Source of the DNA: Alphaproteobacteria bacterium
Lineage (GTDB): Bacteria > Pseudomonadota > Alphaproteobacteria > SMXQ01
Reading direction: 5' to 3'
Length of the DNA: 63,840 nt
Assembly (NCBI GenBank): GCA_035493495.1
Contig: DATJIG010000142.1
Location: 1 to 63,840, forward strand
In this document: one piece after another, positions 7,560 through 16,739 of the stretch
Layout: each line of letters begins with the position of its first letter
How positions within the stretch are numbered: the stretch's first letter is position 1
Notes under the pieces: model-generated
The model's database searches: none
Seen by the model: only the letters and a program-made list of their open reading frames with translations
What the model was told of the DNA's origin: nothing
Made by a program: the position numbers and the translations under genes

Positions 7560-10500
7560 CTAGTCGGGATCCTCGATCGCGAGCAGGCTGGCGTTGCCGC
7601 CGGCGACCGTGGTGTCGACCGACACCGTGCGCTCGACGGCGAAACGGGGGAGGTAGTGGGGCCCGCCCGCTTTCGGGCCTGTGCCCGACAGGCCCTCGCC
7701 GCCGAACGGCTGCACCCCGACGACGGCGCCGATCATCGAGCGGTTGACGTAGATGTTGCCGACCCGCGCCCGCGCGCGGACGCGCTCGACGGTGGCGCCG
7801 ATGCGGGTGTGGATGCCGAGGGTCAGCCCGTAGTCCGTGGCATTGATCGCGTCGACGACCTCATCGAGACGGTCGGCATTCCAACGCACGACGTGGAGGA
7901 TCGGGCCGAACACTTCCTCGCGCAGCTTCGCAGGGCTGTCGAGCGCGACAAGGTGTGGCGCCATGAACCAGCCGGCGGTGCAGTCCGGCGAAAGGGCGCG
8001 GGCGTGCAGGATCGTTCCGATGCCCGAGTCGAGCCACGTCTGCAGCCGCGCCCGCGCCGCCTCGTCAATCACCGGGCCGACATCGGTCTCGATCCGCTCC
8101 GGATCGCCGACCACCAGCTCTTCCATCGCGCCTTTCAGCATGTCGAGCACCTGATCGGCGGTGTCGTCCTGCAGGTAGAGAATGCGCAATGCCGAGCAAC
8201 GTTGGCCCGCGCTCTGGAAGGCCGACGTCACGACGTCGTCGATTACCCGCTCGGGCAGCGCCGAGCTGTCGACGATCATCGCGTTGATGCCGCCGGTCTC
8301 GGCGATCAGCGGCACGATCGGTCCCGGCTTGTCGGCGAGTGCCTCGGCGATGGCATGCGCCGCGCGGGTCGAGCCGGTGAAGGCCACGCCGCGCAGTTGC
8401 GGATGCGCAACCAGCGACTCGCCGACGTCGGCGCCTCCGGGCATGAGGTGCAGTACGTCGGCCGGTACGCCGGCCTTGTGGAGGAGGCGCACGGCGCGGG
8501 CGGCGATCAGCGGAGTCTGCGGCGCGGGCTTGGCCACGACCGCGTTCCCCGCGACCAGGGCGGCGGTGATCTGGCCGAGGAAGATCGCGAGCGGGAAGTT
8601 CCACGGGCTGATGCAGCCGAACACGCCGCGGCCCGCCATCAGGAGTTTGTTGGCTTCGCCGGTCGGTCCCGGCAGTGGCTGCGGCGCCAGCCGGCGGCGC
8701 GCCTCGGCGGCGTAGTAGCGGCAGTAATCGACCGCCTCGCGAACCTCGGCGAGGGCATCGGGGATCGTCTTGCCAGCCTCGCACACGGCGAGCGCCATCA
8801 GCGCGACCCGATCGCCGTCGAGAAGATCGGCCATGCGGTCGAGGCAGGCCGCCCGCTCCTCCACGGCCCGAGCGCTCCACGACTCGGCTGCGCGGGCCGC
8901 CGACTCGACGGCCTTTGCCACCAGCGCCGGGGTTGCCTCGATCACCTCGCCGACGACGCGGCGACGGTTCGCCGGATCGAGCACCGGGCGATTCGCGCCG
9001 CCTGCCTCACGGCCATCGATCAGCGGTGCGGCCGTGTAGGCATTGGTCCACGCGGATGCCATCTCGGTCGTTAGTCTGGCGACGGTCGCACTGTCGGCGA
9101 GGTCGATGCCGCGCGAGTTCGACCGCTCGGCGCCGTAGATGTGGCGCGGAAGCGGGATGTGCGGATGGGGCGCGCCATGGACCCGCGCGACGGCCTCGGT
9201 CGGATCGGCGATCAACAGCGACATCGGGACGTTCGGATCGCTGACGCGATGCACGAACGAGGTGTTCGCGCCGTTTTCCAGTAGGCGGCGCACCAGATAG
9301 GCGAGGAGATCGCGATGAACGCCGACCGGTGCGTAGATCCGGCAGGAGATGTGCTCGTCCGCGATCAGCCTTTCGTAGAGCCCCTCGCCCATGCCGTGGA
9401 GGCGCTGGAACTCGAGATCGCGGCGGGTGCCGATCCACTCCAGCACCGTGGCCACGCTCAGCGCGTTGTGTGTCGCGAATGCTGGGTACACGTGTGGCGA
9501 CTCGAGGAGCGCCCGCGCGCAGCCGAGGAACGAGACATCGGTCGCCGCCTTGCGGGTGAAAACCGGATAGCCATCGAGGCCGCGTTCCTGGGCGCGCTTG
9601 ATCTCGGAATCCCAGTAGGCGCCCTTGACGAGGCGCACCATCAGCCGGCGATTGGCCGCCGCACCGAGGCTCTCGGCCCAGTCGATCACTGGACGGGCGC
9701 GCTTCTGATAGGCCTGTACGGCCAGTCCGAATCCGTCCCATCCGGCGATCGCTGCATCGATCGCGACGGCTTCGATGATCTCGAGCGACAGTTCCAGCCG
9801 GTCGGCTTCCTCGGCGTCCACGGTGAGCCCGATGCCCGCGTCGCGCGCCGCGACAGCGAGGGCCAGCAGCCGTTCGACGAGCTGGCCGCGCACCATCGCG
9901 GCCTTCGACGGCTCGTAGCGTGGGTGCAGCGCTGAAAGCTTGACGGAGATGTTGGGACGTCGATGGATGTCGCCCTTTTGCCCCGAGGAGCCGATCACGG
10001 CGATGGCGTCGCGATAGGCGGTGAAATAGCGCTCGGCGTCGGCCGCCGTCCGTGCGCCCTCGCCGAGCATGTCGTAGGAGTGCGAGAAGCCGCGGGATTC
10101 CGCGTCGCGCGCGTTGTCGAGCGCCTCCTCGATGGTGCGGCCGAGCACGAACTGCCCACCCATGATGCGCATCGCCGCGGCGACGGCGCGCCGCAGCAGC
10201 GGCTCGCCGCCCGCCGCCATCAGCCGGGCGACGACGCCGTCGCCCGCCGTCTCGCCCAGCAGATGGCGCGTCAACGTCAGCGCCACGGTCGACGCGTTCA
10301 CCAGCGCCGACGGCGACTTGCCACGATGCGACTCCCAGTCGCCGGCGCCGAGCTTGTCGCGAATCAGCGCGTCGGCGGTGGCACTATCGGGAATGCGGAG
10401 GAACGCCTCGGCGAGCCCGAGCAGCGTCACGCCCTCGGGCGTCGACAGGCTGTATTCGTGGAGGAATTGCTCGACGCCGAGACCGCGCGCGCCGCTCGCG

Positions 10501-10676
10501 CGGATGCTGGCGACCAGCGCTTCGGCGCGTAGCGAGATGTGCCGGCGCTGCTCGGGAGTGACCTTCGCACCCGGTAACAGCGCAGCGATGGCGCTGGCCT
10601 CATGGGCACGAGTGAGCGCCGCGATCGACGCGCGTCGATCCGCCAATGTCTGTGCCACGGCACGGTCCAGCATCAC
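7560..10676 (-). CDS. putA: bifunctional proline dehydrogenase / L-glutamate gamma-semialdehyde dehydrogenase PutA
   Basis: 1038 aa. PRODH barrel motifs (SYDMLGEGA, FATHNA) and ALDH motifs (IAETGGINA, GQRCSALR). The start may instead be the ATG at 10673, directly after the GTG at 10676. Confidence 0.95.
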   Translation of the reverse strand: MMLDRAVAQTLADRRASIAALTRAHEASAIAALLPGAKVTPEQRRHISLRAEALVASIRASGARGLGVEQFLHEYSLSTPEGVTLLGLAEAFLRIPDSATADALIRDKLGAGDWESHRGKSPSALVNASTVALTLTRHLLGETAGDGVVARLMAAGGEPLLRRAVAAAMRIMGGQFVLGRTIEEALDNARDAESRGFSHSYDMLGEGARTAADAERYFTAYRDAIAVIGSSGQKGDIHRRPNISVKLSALHPRYEPSKAAMVRGQLVERLLALAVAARDAGIGLTVDAEEADRLELSLEIIEAVAIDAAIAGWDGFGLAVQAYQKRARPVIDWAESLGAAANRRLMVRLVKGAYWDSEIKRAQERGLDGYPVFTRKAATDVSFLGCARALLESPHVYPAFATHNALSVATVLEWIGTRRDLEFQRLHGMGEGLYERLIADEHISCRIYAPVGVHRDLLAYLVRRLLENGANTSFVHRVSDPNVPMSLLIADPTEAVARVHGAPHPHIPLPRHIYGAERSNSRGIDLADSATVARLTTEMASAWTNAYTAAPLIDGREAGGANRPVLDPANRRRVVGEVIEATPALVAKAVESAARAAESWSARAVEERAACLDRMADLLDGDRVALMALAVCEAGKTIPDALAEVREAVDYCRYYAAEARRRLAPQPLPGPTGEANKLLMAGRGVFGCISPWNFPLAIFLGQITAALVAGNAVVAKPAPQTPLIAARAVRLLHKAGVPADVLHLMPGGADVGESLVAHPQLRGVAFTGSTRAAHAIAEALADKPGPIVPLIAETGGINAMIVDSSALPERVIDDVVTSAFQSAGQRCSALRILYLQDDTADQVLDMLKGAMEELVVGDPERIETDVGPVIDEAARARLQTWLDSGIGTILHARALSPDCTAGWFMAPHLVALDSPAKLREEVFGPILHVVRWNADRLDEVVDAINATDYGLTLGIHTRIGATVERVRARARVGNIYVNRSMIGAVVGVQPFGGEGLSGTGPKAGGPHYLPRFAVERTVSVDTTVAGGNASLLAIEDPD

Positions 10677-10734
10677 CCACAGGATAGTCTATTCCGCTGG
10701 CGTTTGCCGGGTGGCAAAGGGATGATCGGACACA

Positions 10735-13284
10735 ATGACTGCCGAAACCATGACCGTGGCGCCTTCAAACGTCGACACCTCACGGGGGCTCAGCGAGAGC
10801 GAGGCGGCGATGCGCCTCAAGATCGAGGGGCCCAACGAGTTACCCTCGGGGCCGCGCCGGAGCGCCCTGCGCATCGTTGTCGACGTCGTGCGCGAGCCGA
10901 TGTTCGGTCTGTTGCTTGCTGCCGGTGCTCTGTACCTGGTGCTGGGCGACATCGAAGAAGCGCTGGTGCTCCTCGGCTTCGCCACCCTCTCGGTTTCAAT
11001 TGCCGCAGTGCAGGAGACCCGCAGCGAGCGCGTGCTTGACGCGCTGCGTGATCTCTCGAGTCCCCGCGCGCTCGTCACGCGCGATGGGCGCCAGCGCCGC
11101 ATCGCCGGACGCGAGGTGGTGCGGGGCGACCTCATACATCTCGCTGAAGGGGACCGCGTGCCGGCCGACGCTCGTCTGGTCGAGGCGCGGAATCTGCTCG
11201 AGGACGAATCGCTGCTGACCGGCGAGTCAGTGCCAGTGCGCAAGGTCGCGAGCGTGACCGCACCGGAGAACGCGCGGCCGGGCGGTGACGATCTGCCGTT
11301 CGTCTACTCCGGGACGCTGATCGTGGCCGGTTCCGGCACGGCAATCGTCACGGCGACAGGGGCTCGCAGCGAAATCGGCCGGATCGGCGCTGCGCTCGGC
11401 GGCATCGAGGCGGCGCAGCCACGACTGACATCGCAGACACGGCGACTGGTGGGGATCTTCGCCGCAATCGGAGCGTCGTTCAGCGTCGTTTTCGTGTTGC
11501 TCTACGGCCTACTGCGCGACTCCTGGATCGAGGCCCTGCTCGGCGGCATCGCACTCGGCATGTCGATGCTGCCCGAGGAGATACCGCTCGTTCTTACCGT
11601 GTTCATGGTAATGGGCGCCTGGCGGATATCACGTGCCAATGTGCTGACGCGCCGGGCCGCCGCGATCGAGGTGCTCGGCGCCGCTACGGTCCTCTGTACC
11701 GACAAGACCGGAACCCTGACGCTCAACCGCATGTCGATCGTGCGGCTCGAGGTCGACGGCGCGTCTTGGGACGCTGCCGGCGATGCGGCACCGCCGGATC
11801 GCTTCCACGCCATTGTCGAGACCGCATACCTCGCCAGCGCACCGGTCCCGTTTGATCCGATGGATCGCGCCTGCCACGATCTCGCCGTGCGGGCGGGAGT
11901 GGACGAGGCGCACGCGGGCCGCGACTTGCTCCGCTCTTATGGCCTCAGCTCCGATCTGCTCGCCGTCACCAACGTCTGGAATGGCGCGGACGGAGCGTTT
12001 GTGGTCGCAGCCAAGGGTGCGCCCGAGGCGATTGCCGATCTGTGCGCCCTCGATCCCGCGGGACGGACGCGCATCCACGCGCAGGTCGACGCGATGGCGC
12101 GCCAGGGAATGCGGGTGTTGGGTGTTGCCCGGTCTGTTTCCGGCGGCGGCGATCTCCCGTCGAGCCCCCGTGGCTTCCGATTCGCCTTCGTCGGACTGAT
12201 CGGCTTCGCCGATCCGCTGCGGCCATCGGCGCCGGCCGCGATCGAGGAATGCCGCGGCGCCGGCATCCGCGTCATGATGATCACCGGAGACCACCCGGCG
12301 ACCGCGCGCGCCATCGCCGCGTCGGCCGGCCTAGCGAGCGGCGACGTCGTCACCGGAGACGAGCTCGCGCGACTGGACGACGCCCAGCTCGCGGCACGCG
12401 TCCGCACCGTCACCGTGTTCGCGCGCATCCTGCCGGAGCAGAAACTGCGGATCGTCGAGGCGCTGAAGGCCGATGGCGAAGTCGTGGCGATGACGGGTGA
12501 CGGCGTCAACGACGCGCCGTCCCTCAAGGCCGCCGACATAGGCATCGCCATGGGTGGGCGCGGCACCGACGTCGCGCGCGAGGCGTCGTCGATCGTGCTG
12601 CTGGATGATGATTTTGGCTCGATTGTCGCCACTATCCGCCTCGGGAGGCGCATCTACGACAATCTGAAGAAGGCGATGGGTTACGTCCTCGCCGTGCATG
12701 TCCCGATCGCCGGCATGGCGCTGCTGCCGCTCGCGGCGGGCCTGCCGCTGGTGCTGACGCCGATGCTGATCGCGCTCCTGGAGATGGTGATCGACCCGGT
12801 GTGCTCGATCGTGCTCGAGGCCGAGCCCGAAGAACGGAATGTCATGAGCCGACCGCCGCGATCGCCGCGCGAGCCGCTGCTGTCGGCGGCACTGATCGGC
12901 TGGAGCCTCGTGCAGGGCGCGCTCGCGCTCTTGGTCGTGGCCGCGGTCTTCCTGTTTGCGGTGCGCGAGGGCATGTCGGAGAACGAGGTGCGGTCGCTCG
13001 CGTTCGTCGCTCTGGTCGCCGCCAACGTCGGGCTGATCTTTGCCAACCGGTCGTTCTCGGCCTCATTGCTTACCGCCGTGGCGCGCCGCAATCTGGTGCT
13101 GTGGGGGAGCCTCATCGCGACCGGCTTGCTGCTGAGCGTCATCATCGCCTGGCCGCCATTGCGCGATCTGTTTCGGCTAGGACCGCTACACTTTGACGAT
13201 CTGGCGATCTGTGTCGCCGCCGGCCTCGGTCTGCTCGTCGCGCTCGAAGCGCTCAAGGCGGCAATGGCGCGCCGCAGCACATGA
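10735..13284 (+). CDS. cation-transporting P-type ATPase (P2-like, ion specificity unclear)
   Basis: LTGES, CTDKTGTLT, MITGDH and TGDGVNDAP motifs with about ten TM segments. Confidence 0.93.
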   Translation: MTAETMTVAPSNVDTSRGLSESEAAMRLKIEGPNELPSGPRRSALRIVVDVVREPMFGLLLAAGALYLVLGDIEEALVLLGFATLSVSIAAVQETRSERVLDALRDLSSPRALVTRDGRQRRIAGREVVRGDLIHLAEGDRVPADARLVEARNLLEDESLLTGESVPVRKVASVTAPENARPGGDDLPFVYSGTLIVAGSGTAIVTATGARSEIGRIGAALGGIEAAQPRLTSQTRRLVGIFAAIGASFSVVFVLLYGLLRDSWIEALLGGIALGMSMLPEEIPLVLTVFMVMGAWRISRANVLTRRAAAIEVLGAATVLCTDKTGTLTLNRMSIVRLEVDGASWDAAGDAAPPDRFHAIVETAYLASAPVPFDPMDRACHDLAVRAGVDEAHAGRDLLRSYGLSSDLLAVTNVWNGADGAFVVAAKGAPEAIADLCALDPAGRTRIHAQVDAMARQGMRVLGVARSVSGGGDLPSSPRGFRFAFVGLIGFADPLRPSAPAAIEECRGAGIRVMMITGDHPATARAIAASAGLASGDVVTGDELARLDDAQLAARVRTVTVFARILPEQKLRIVEALKADGEVVAMTGDGVNDAPSLKAADIGIAMGGRGTDVAREASSIVLLDDDFGSIVATIRLGRRIYDNLKKAMGYVLAVHVPIAGMALLPLAAGLPLVLTPMLIALLEMVIDPVCSIVLEAEPEERNVMSRPPRSPREPLLSAALIGWSLVQGALALLVVAAVFLFAVREGMSENEVRSLAFVALVAANVGLIFANRSFSASLLTAVARRNLVLWGSLIATGLLLSVIIAWPPLRDLFRLGPLHFDDLAICVAAGLGLLVALEALKAAMARRST

Positions 13285-13285
13285 C

Positions 13286-13828
13286 TCAGCTCAGGCCAAG
13301 CGCGAGCGCGATGGCGGTGTAGAGCACGCCGCCCGCGGTCAACACGATCAGCGGATGGACGCTCCGCCACATCATCACCGAGGTCGACGTGGCGGCGACC
13401 GCCCATCCGAGGGGGCCGGTGTCGGACGCGCGGATGATGGCGATGGCGCCGGCGATCATCAGGCCGGCGGCGAGGGGCACCAGGCCCTGTTCGAGGGCGG
13501 TGTGGATGCGCGAGCCGCGAGCGCGGTTCCACGCCTTGGCGACGCCGTAGCAGAGCAGCGACGACGGCGCGAAGATGCCGAGCGAGGCGGAGATCGCGCC
13601 GGGCCAGCCGGCGATCTTCCAGCCGATCAGCGTCACCATGATCGATCCGGGGCCGGGGGCGGCGCGCGAGATCGCGAACACGTCGATGAACTCGCGCTGG
13701 GTCAGCCAGCCGTGGACCTCGACCATCTGGTGATGAATGGGGGCGAGGATACTGGCGCCGCCGCCGACCGCCAGTAGCGACATCGGCACGAAGATGATGA
13801 ACAGCGTCCACAGAAGGTCGGCGCGCAT
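13286..13828 (-). CDS. chromate transporter (CHR) family protein, short-chain, second half
   Basis: Starts at the internal ATG at 13828 of ORF 13286..14290. 180 aa and hydrophobic, with a GGGASILAPIHHQMV... CHR-type pattern. The start overlaps the upstream stop (TGATG). Confidence 0.8.
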   Translation of the reverse strand: MRADLLWTLFIIFVPMSLLAVGGGASILAPIHHQMVEVHGWLTQREFIDVFAISRAAPGPGSIMVTLIGWKIAGWPGAISASLGIFAPSSLLCYGVAKAWNRARGSRIHTALEQGLVPLAAGLMIAGAIAIIRASDTGPLGWAVAATSTSVMMWRSVHPLIVLTAGGVLYTAIALALGLS

Positions 13829-14427
13829 CAGGTCCTCCGGGGACGGAACCAGGCGATGGCGATGCTGACCGGCGCGAGCACCAGCGCGGTCTCCACCAAG
13901 GGCCACCGCAGGATGCCGACGGCGACGACTGTCGCGACGAGAACGGCGATCGGCCCGATGCCGCGGATGGTCGCCTTCGCCGACTTGAGGCTCACCGACA
14001 GCACGAGCCCGACGGCGCTCACCGCGACGCCGTCCATGAAGTGATGGACCCACGAAATGGCGGCGAGCTGCTCGTAGACCGCGGCGAGGCCGATGACGGC
14101 GAAGAACGGCACGGTAAGAAGGCCGACGACGGCGGTCGCCGAGCCGACGAAGCCGCGCATGCGCTCGCCGACATAGACCGCGAAGTTGGTGATGTTGATG
14201 CCCGGCAGCACCTGGGCCAGCGCGATGCCGCTCATCGCCTCTCCCGGCCTGAGCCAATGGCGTTTCTCGACGACTTCGCGGTAGGCCCACGCCATCAGGC
14301 CGCCGCCGAAGCTCATGGCACCGATCTGGAAGAACAGGATGAAGATGGCGCCGAGCGACGCCTGGGGGTGGGTGTGCGAGGAGGCCTGGACGTGCGCGTG
14401 GGGCTCGGGGGACGCCGAATCCTCCAC
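13828..14427 (-). CDS. chromate transporter (CHR) family protein, short-chain, first half
   Basis: CHR pattern FQIGAMSFGGGLMAW. I prefer the GTG at 14427, directly after the marR stop. The ORF track's longer start at 14514 would overlap marR by 86 nt. Confidence 0.75.
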   Translation of the reverse strand: MEDSASPEPHAHVQASSHTHPQASLGAIFILFFQIGAMSFGGGLMAWAYREVVEKRHWLRPGEAMSGIALAQVLPGINITNFAVYVGERMRGFVGSATAVVGLLTVPFFAVIGLAAVYEQLAAISWVHHFMDGVAVSAVGLVLSVSLKSAKATIRGIGPIAVLVATVVAVGILRWPLVETALVLAPVSIAIAWFRPRRT

Positions 14428-14428
14428 T

Positions 14429-14971
14429 TCAGGCCACGCGCCGCTTGGTCTGGCCTGAGTGTTTGCCGCGGGCGGAGGTGCGCTGTGAAGCCGCGCCGGA
14501 ACGCTTGGCTGCACCCGGCGTTTTGGCTGCTTCGTCGGAAACCAGACGCGTGCGGATCCGGCTCAACGCCTCGACGATGGTCTCGCGCAGCTTGGGATCG
14601 ATGTCGGCGAAGCCGAGGCTGAGGACCGAGCAGCCGACCTCGCGCAGACGATCGAGGACGGTGCGTCCCTTCGCGGTGATGAAGAGGCAGGTCGCGCGGC
14701 GATCCTTCGGATTGCGGCGTCGCTCGACCCAGCCTGAGGACTCCATGCGATCGATCTGCTGGGTGAGCGTAATCGGATGAATTTCGAGTTCCTCGGCCAA
14801 GCTCGCCTGACCAATTCCCGGATTGCGGGAAATCACGAACATCGCCTGCCACTGCGCCTGGGTCAGCCCGGTGCTTTTGGCACGGCTGTTGAAGCTGCGA
14901 CGCACGAGTCGTGCCACGTCACAAATCAGGAAGCCGAGATTGCGGTCGCACTCGTTGCTGGACGGCGCCAT
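14429..14971 (-). CDS. MarR family transcriptional regulator
   Basis: Winged-helix pattern (LTQAQWQAMFVISRNPGIGQASLAEELEIHPITLTQQIDRMESSGWVERRRNPKDRR). The ATG at 14971 has GGAGGA upstream. The region 14972-15031 has AT-ending codons and looks non-coding. Confidence 0.85.
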   Translation of the reverse strand: MAPSSNECDRNLGFLICDVARLVRRSFNSRAKSTGLTQAQWQAMFVISRNPGIGQASLAEELEIHPITLTQQIDRMESSGWVERRRNPKDRRATCLFITAKGRTVLDRLREVGCSVLSLGFADIDPKLRETIVEALSRIRTRLVSDEAAKTPGAAKRSGAASQRTSARGKHSGQTKRRVA

Positions 14972-15013
14972 GACTCCTCCGTGCTGACAAGCCTCGCCTT
15001 GTTCGTAAGCGAT

Positions 15014-15026
15014 GTATATGATATAC
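15014..15026. promoter_or_regulatory. candidate operator palindrome in the marR / efflux divergent region
   Basis: GTATAT-G-ATATAC, a perfect 6+1+6 inverted repeat. It is strikingly AT-rich for this genome and lies about 45 nt upstream of the marR ATG. Confidence 0.3.
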
Positions 15027-15201
15027 ACCACTAGCCAGGGTGACGGAAGCGCCCTGCGGCCGTCTCCCCGACAAATCGCATGTACCTCGCGATCATCGCA
15101 GCGGAGAGGCTTTCACCGGACGATTTCTCAGACGTACGCCAGTCCGTTTCATCTGGCGGTTGGTGCATTTCACTGCGCGGGCGAGGACGGACGTGGCACA
15201 T

Positions 15202-16731
15202 ATGAACGGCAGTGGTCGGAGCGACGCGAGCGCTGCGACCCCGACGCGACGGACGCTGCGCGCGCTCGCGCCCGTGTTCGCCATTGCCCTGTCGGCCTGC
15301 ACCGTCGGGCCGGACTTCCTGCGCCCGAAGGCGCCGGACGTCGATGCTTACACGCCCGCGAAGCTGCCCGACAAGACCGCGTCGGCGCCCGGCCCGGCGG
15401 GCGCCGCGCAGACATTCGTCTCCGGCCGCGACCTGCCGTACGAATGGTGGACGCTGTTCCGCTCCGAGCCCCTCAACCGGCTCGTCTCCGACGCGCTCAA
15501 GGTCAACCCCGACGTGCAGGCCGCCGAGGCCGCGCTGCGTCAGGCGCGCGAGACCTACTATGCCGAGCAGGGCGGCCTGTACCCGGAGGTCGACGGTAGT
15601 CTGTCCGCCCAGCGCCAGCGCTCGGCGGGAGCCCTCCAGGGCCGCACCGGCACCACGACCTTCAATCTCTATCGCGCGTCGATCGACGTCTCGTACGGGC
15701 TCGACATCTTCGGCGGCGAGCGTCGGCTGATCGAGGCACGCGCGGCGCAGGCCGAGTTCCAGGAATATCAGCTGGAGGCCACGTACCTGACGCTGTCGTC
15801 GAACGTCGTCGGACTGGCGATCCAGGAGGCATCGCTGCGCGAGCAGATCGCCGCCACCGAAGACATCATCGGCGCGCAGACCGATCAGCTCGACGTCGTG
15901 CGGCGGCAGTTCGAGCTCGGCGCGGTGTCGCGCTCGGATGTGCTGGCCCAGGAGGCTGCGGTGTCGCAGACTCGCGCCACGCTGCCCGGCCTTTCCAAGC
16001 AGCTCGCCCAGACCCGCAACCAGCTCACCTCGCTCGCGGGCCGGTTCCCGAGCCAGAACATCGAGCAGACCTTCCGCTTCGGCGATCTGGCGCTGCCCGA
16101 GGAACTGCCGCTTACGCTGCCGTCGAAGCTGGTCGAGCAGCGGCCCGATGTGCGCGCCCGCGAGGCGCTGCTGCACGCGGCAAGCGCCGAGATCGGCGTC
16201 GCTACCGCCAATCAGCTTCCCCAGATCACGCTCACGGGCAGCGTCGGCACCGCCGCGACCCAGTTCAGCGATCTGTTCAAGTCGCAGTCTCTGATCTGGA
16301 GCGCCGGCGCGGGACTGGCGCAGTCGATCTTCGACGGCGGTCGCCTCGATCATGAGAAGAAAGCGGCGGTGGCGGCCTTCGATCAGGCCGCGGCGCAGTA
16401 CCGCAGCACGGTGCTAACCTCGTTCCAGGATGTCGCCGATGCGCTGCATGCGCTGCAGAACGACGCCGATGCGCTCGCCGCTCAGGCCGAGGCCGAACGT
16501 TCGGCGGCCGACAGCCTCGCGCTCGCCCGCGACCAGTTCAATGCCGGAGCCATCAACTATCTCACGCTGCTGAACGCGGAACGCACGTATCAGCAATCCC
16601 GTATCAGCCGAGTTCAGGCGCAGGCGTCGCGCTACGCCGATACGGTTGCGTTGTTCCAGGCGCTGGGCGGCGGCTGGTGGAACCGGAGCGACCTCGCTTC
16701 CGGCCAGCCCTCCAGCCCGTCCACACGGTAG
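15202..16731 (+). CDS. RND efflux outer-membrane lipoprotein, NodT family
   Basis: Internal ATG at 15202. Lipobox LSAC. Two OEP/TolC-like repeats. Confidence 0.9.
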   Translation: MNGSGRSDASAATPTRRTLRALAPVFAIALSACTVGPDFLRPKAPDVDAYTPAKLPDKTASAPGPAGAAQTFVSGRDLPYEWWTLFRSEPLNRLVSDALKVNPDVQAAEAALRQARETYYAEQGGLYPEVDGSLSAQRQRSAGALQGRTGTTTFNLYRASIDVSYGLDIFGGERRLIEARAAQAEFQEYQLEATYLTLSSNVVGLAIQEASLREQIAATEDIIGAQTDQLDVVRRQFELGAVSRSDVLAQEAAVSQTRATLPGLSKQLAQTRNQLTSLAGRFPSQNIEQTFRFGDLALPEELPLTLPSKLVEQRPDVRAREALLHAASAEIGVATANQLPQITLTGSVGTAATQFSDLFKSQSLIWSAGAGLAQSIFDGGRLDHEKKAAVAAFDQAAAQYRSTVLTSFQDVADALHALQNDADALAAQAEAERSAADSLALARDQFNAGAINYLTLLNAERTYQQSRISRVQAQASRYADTVALFQALGGGWWNRSDLASGQPSSPSTR

Positions 16732-16739
16732 GTCCTCTC

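Noticed and set aside
14428-14514. The longer start (14514) for the first CHR gene, overlapping marR by 86 nt.
   Set aside because: A GTG directly after the marR stop gives a compact, coupled arrangement. The extra 29 residues (MQPSVPARLHSAPPPAANTQARPSGAWPE) have no CHR-family character. The choice remains uncertain.
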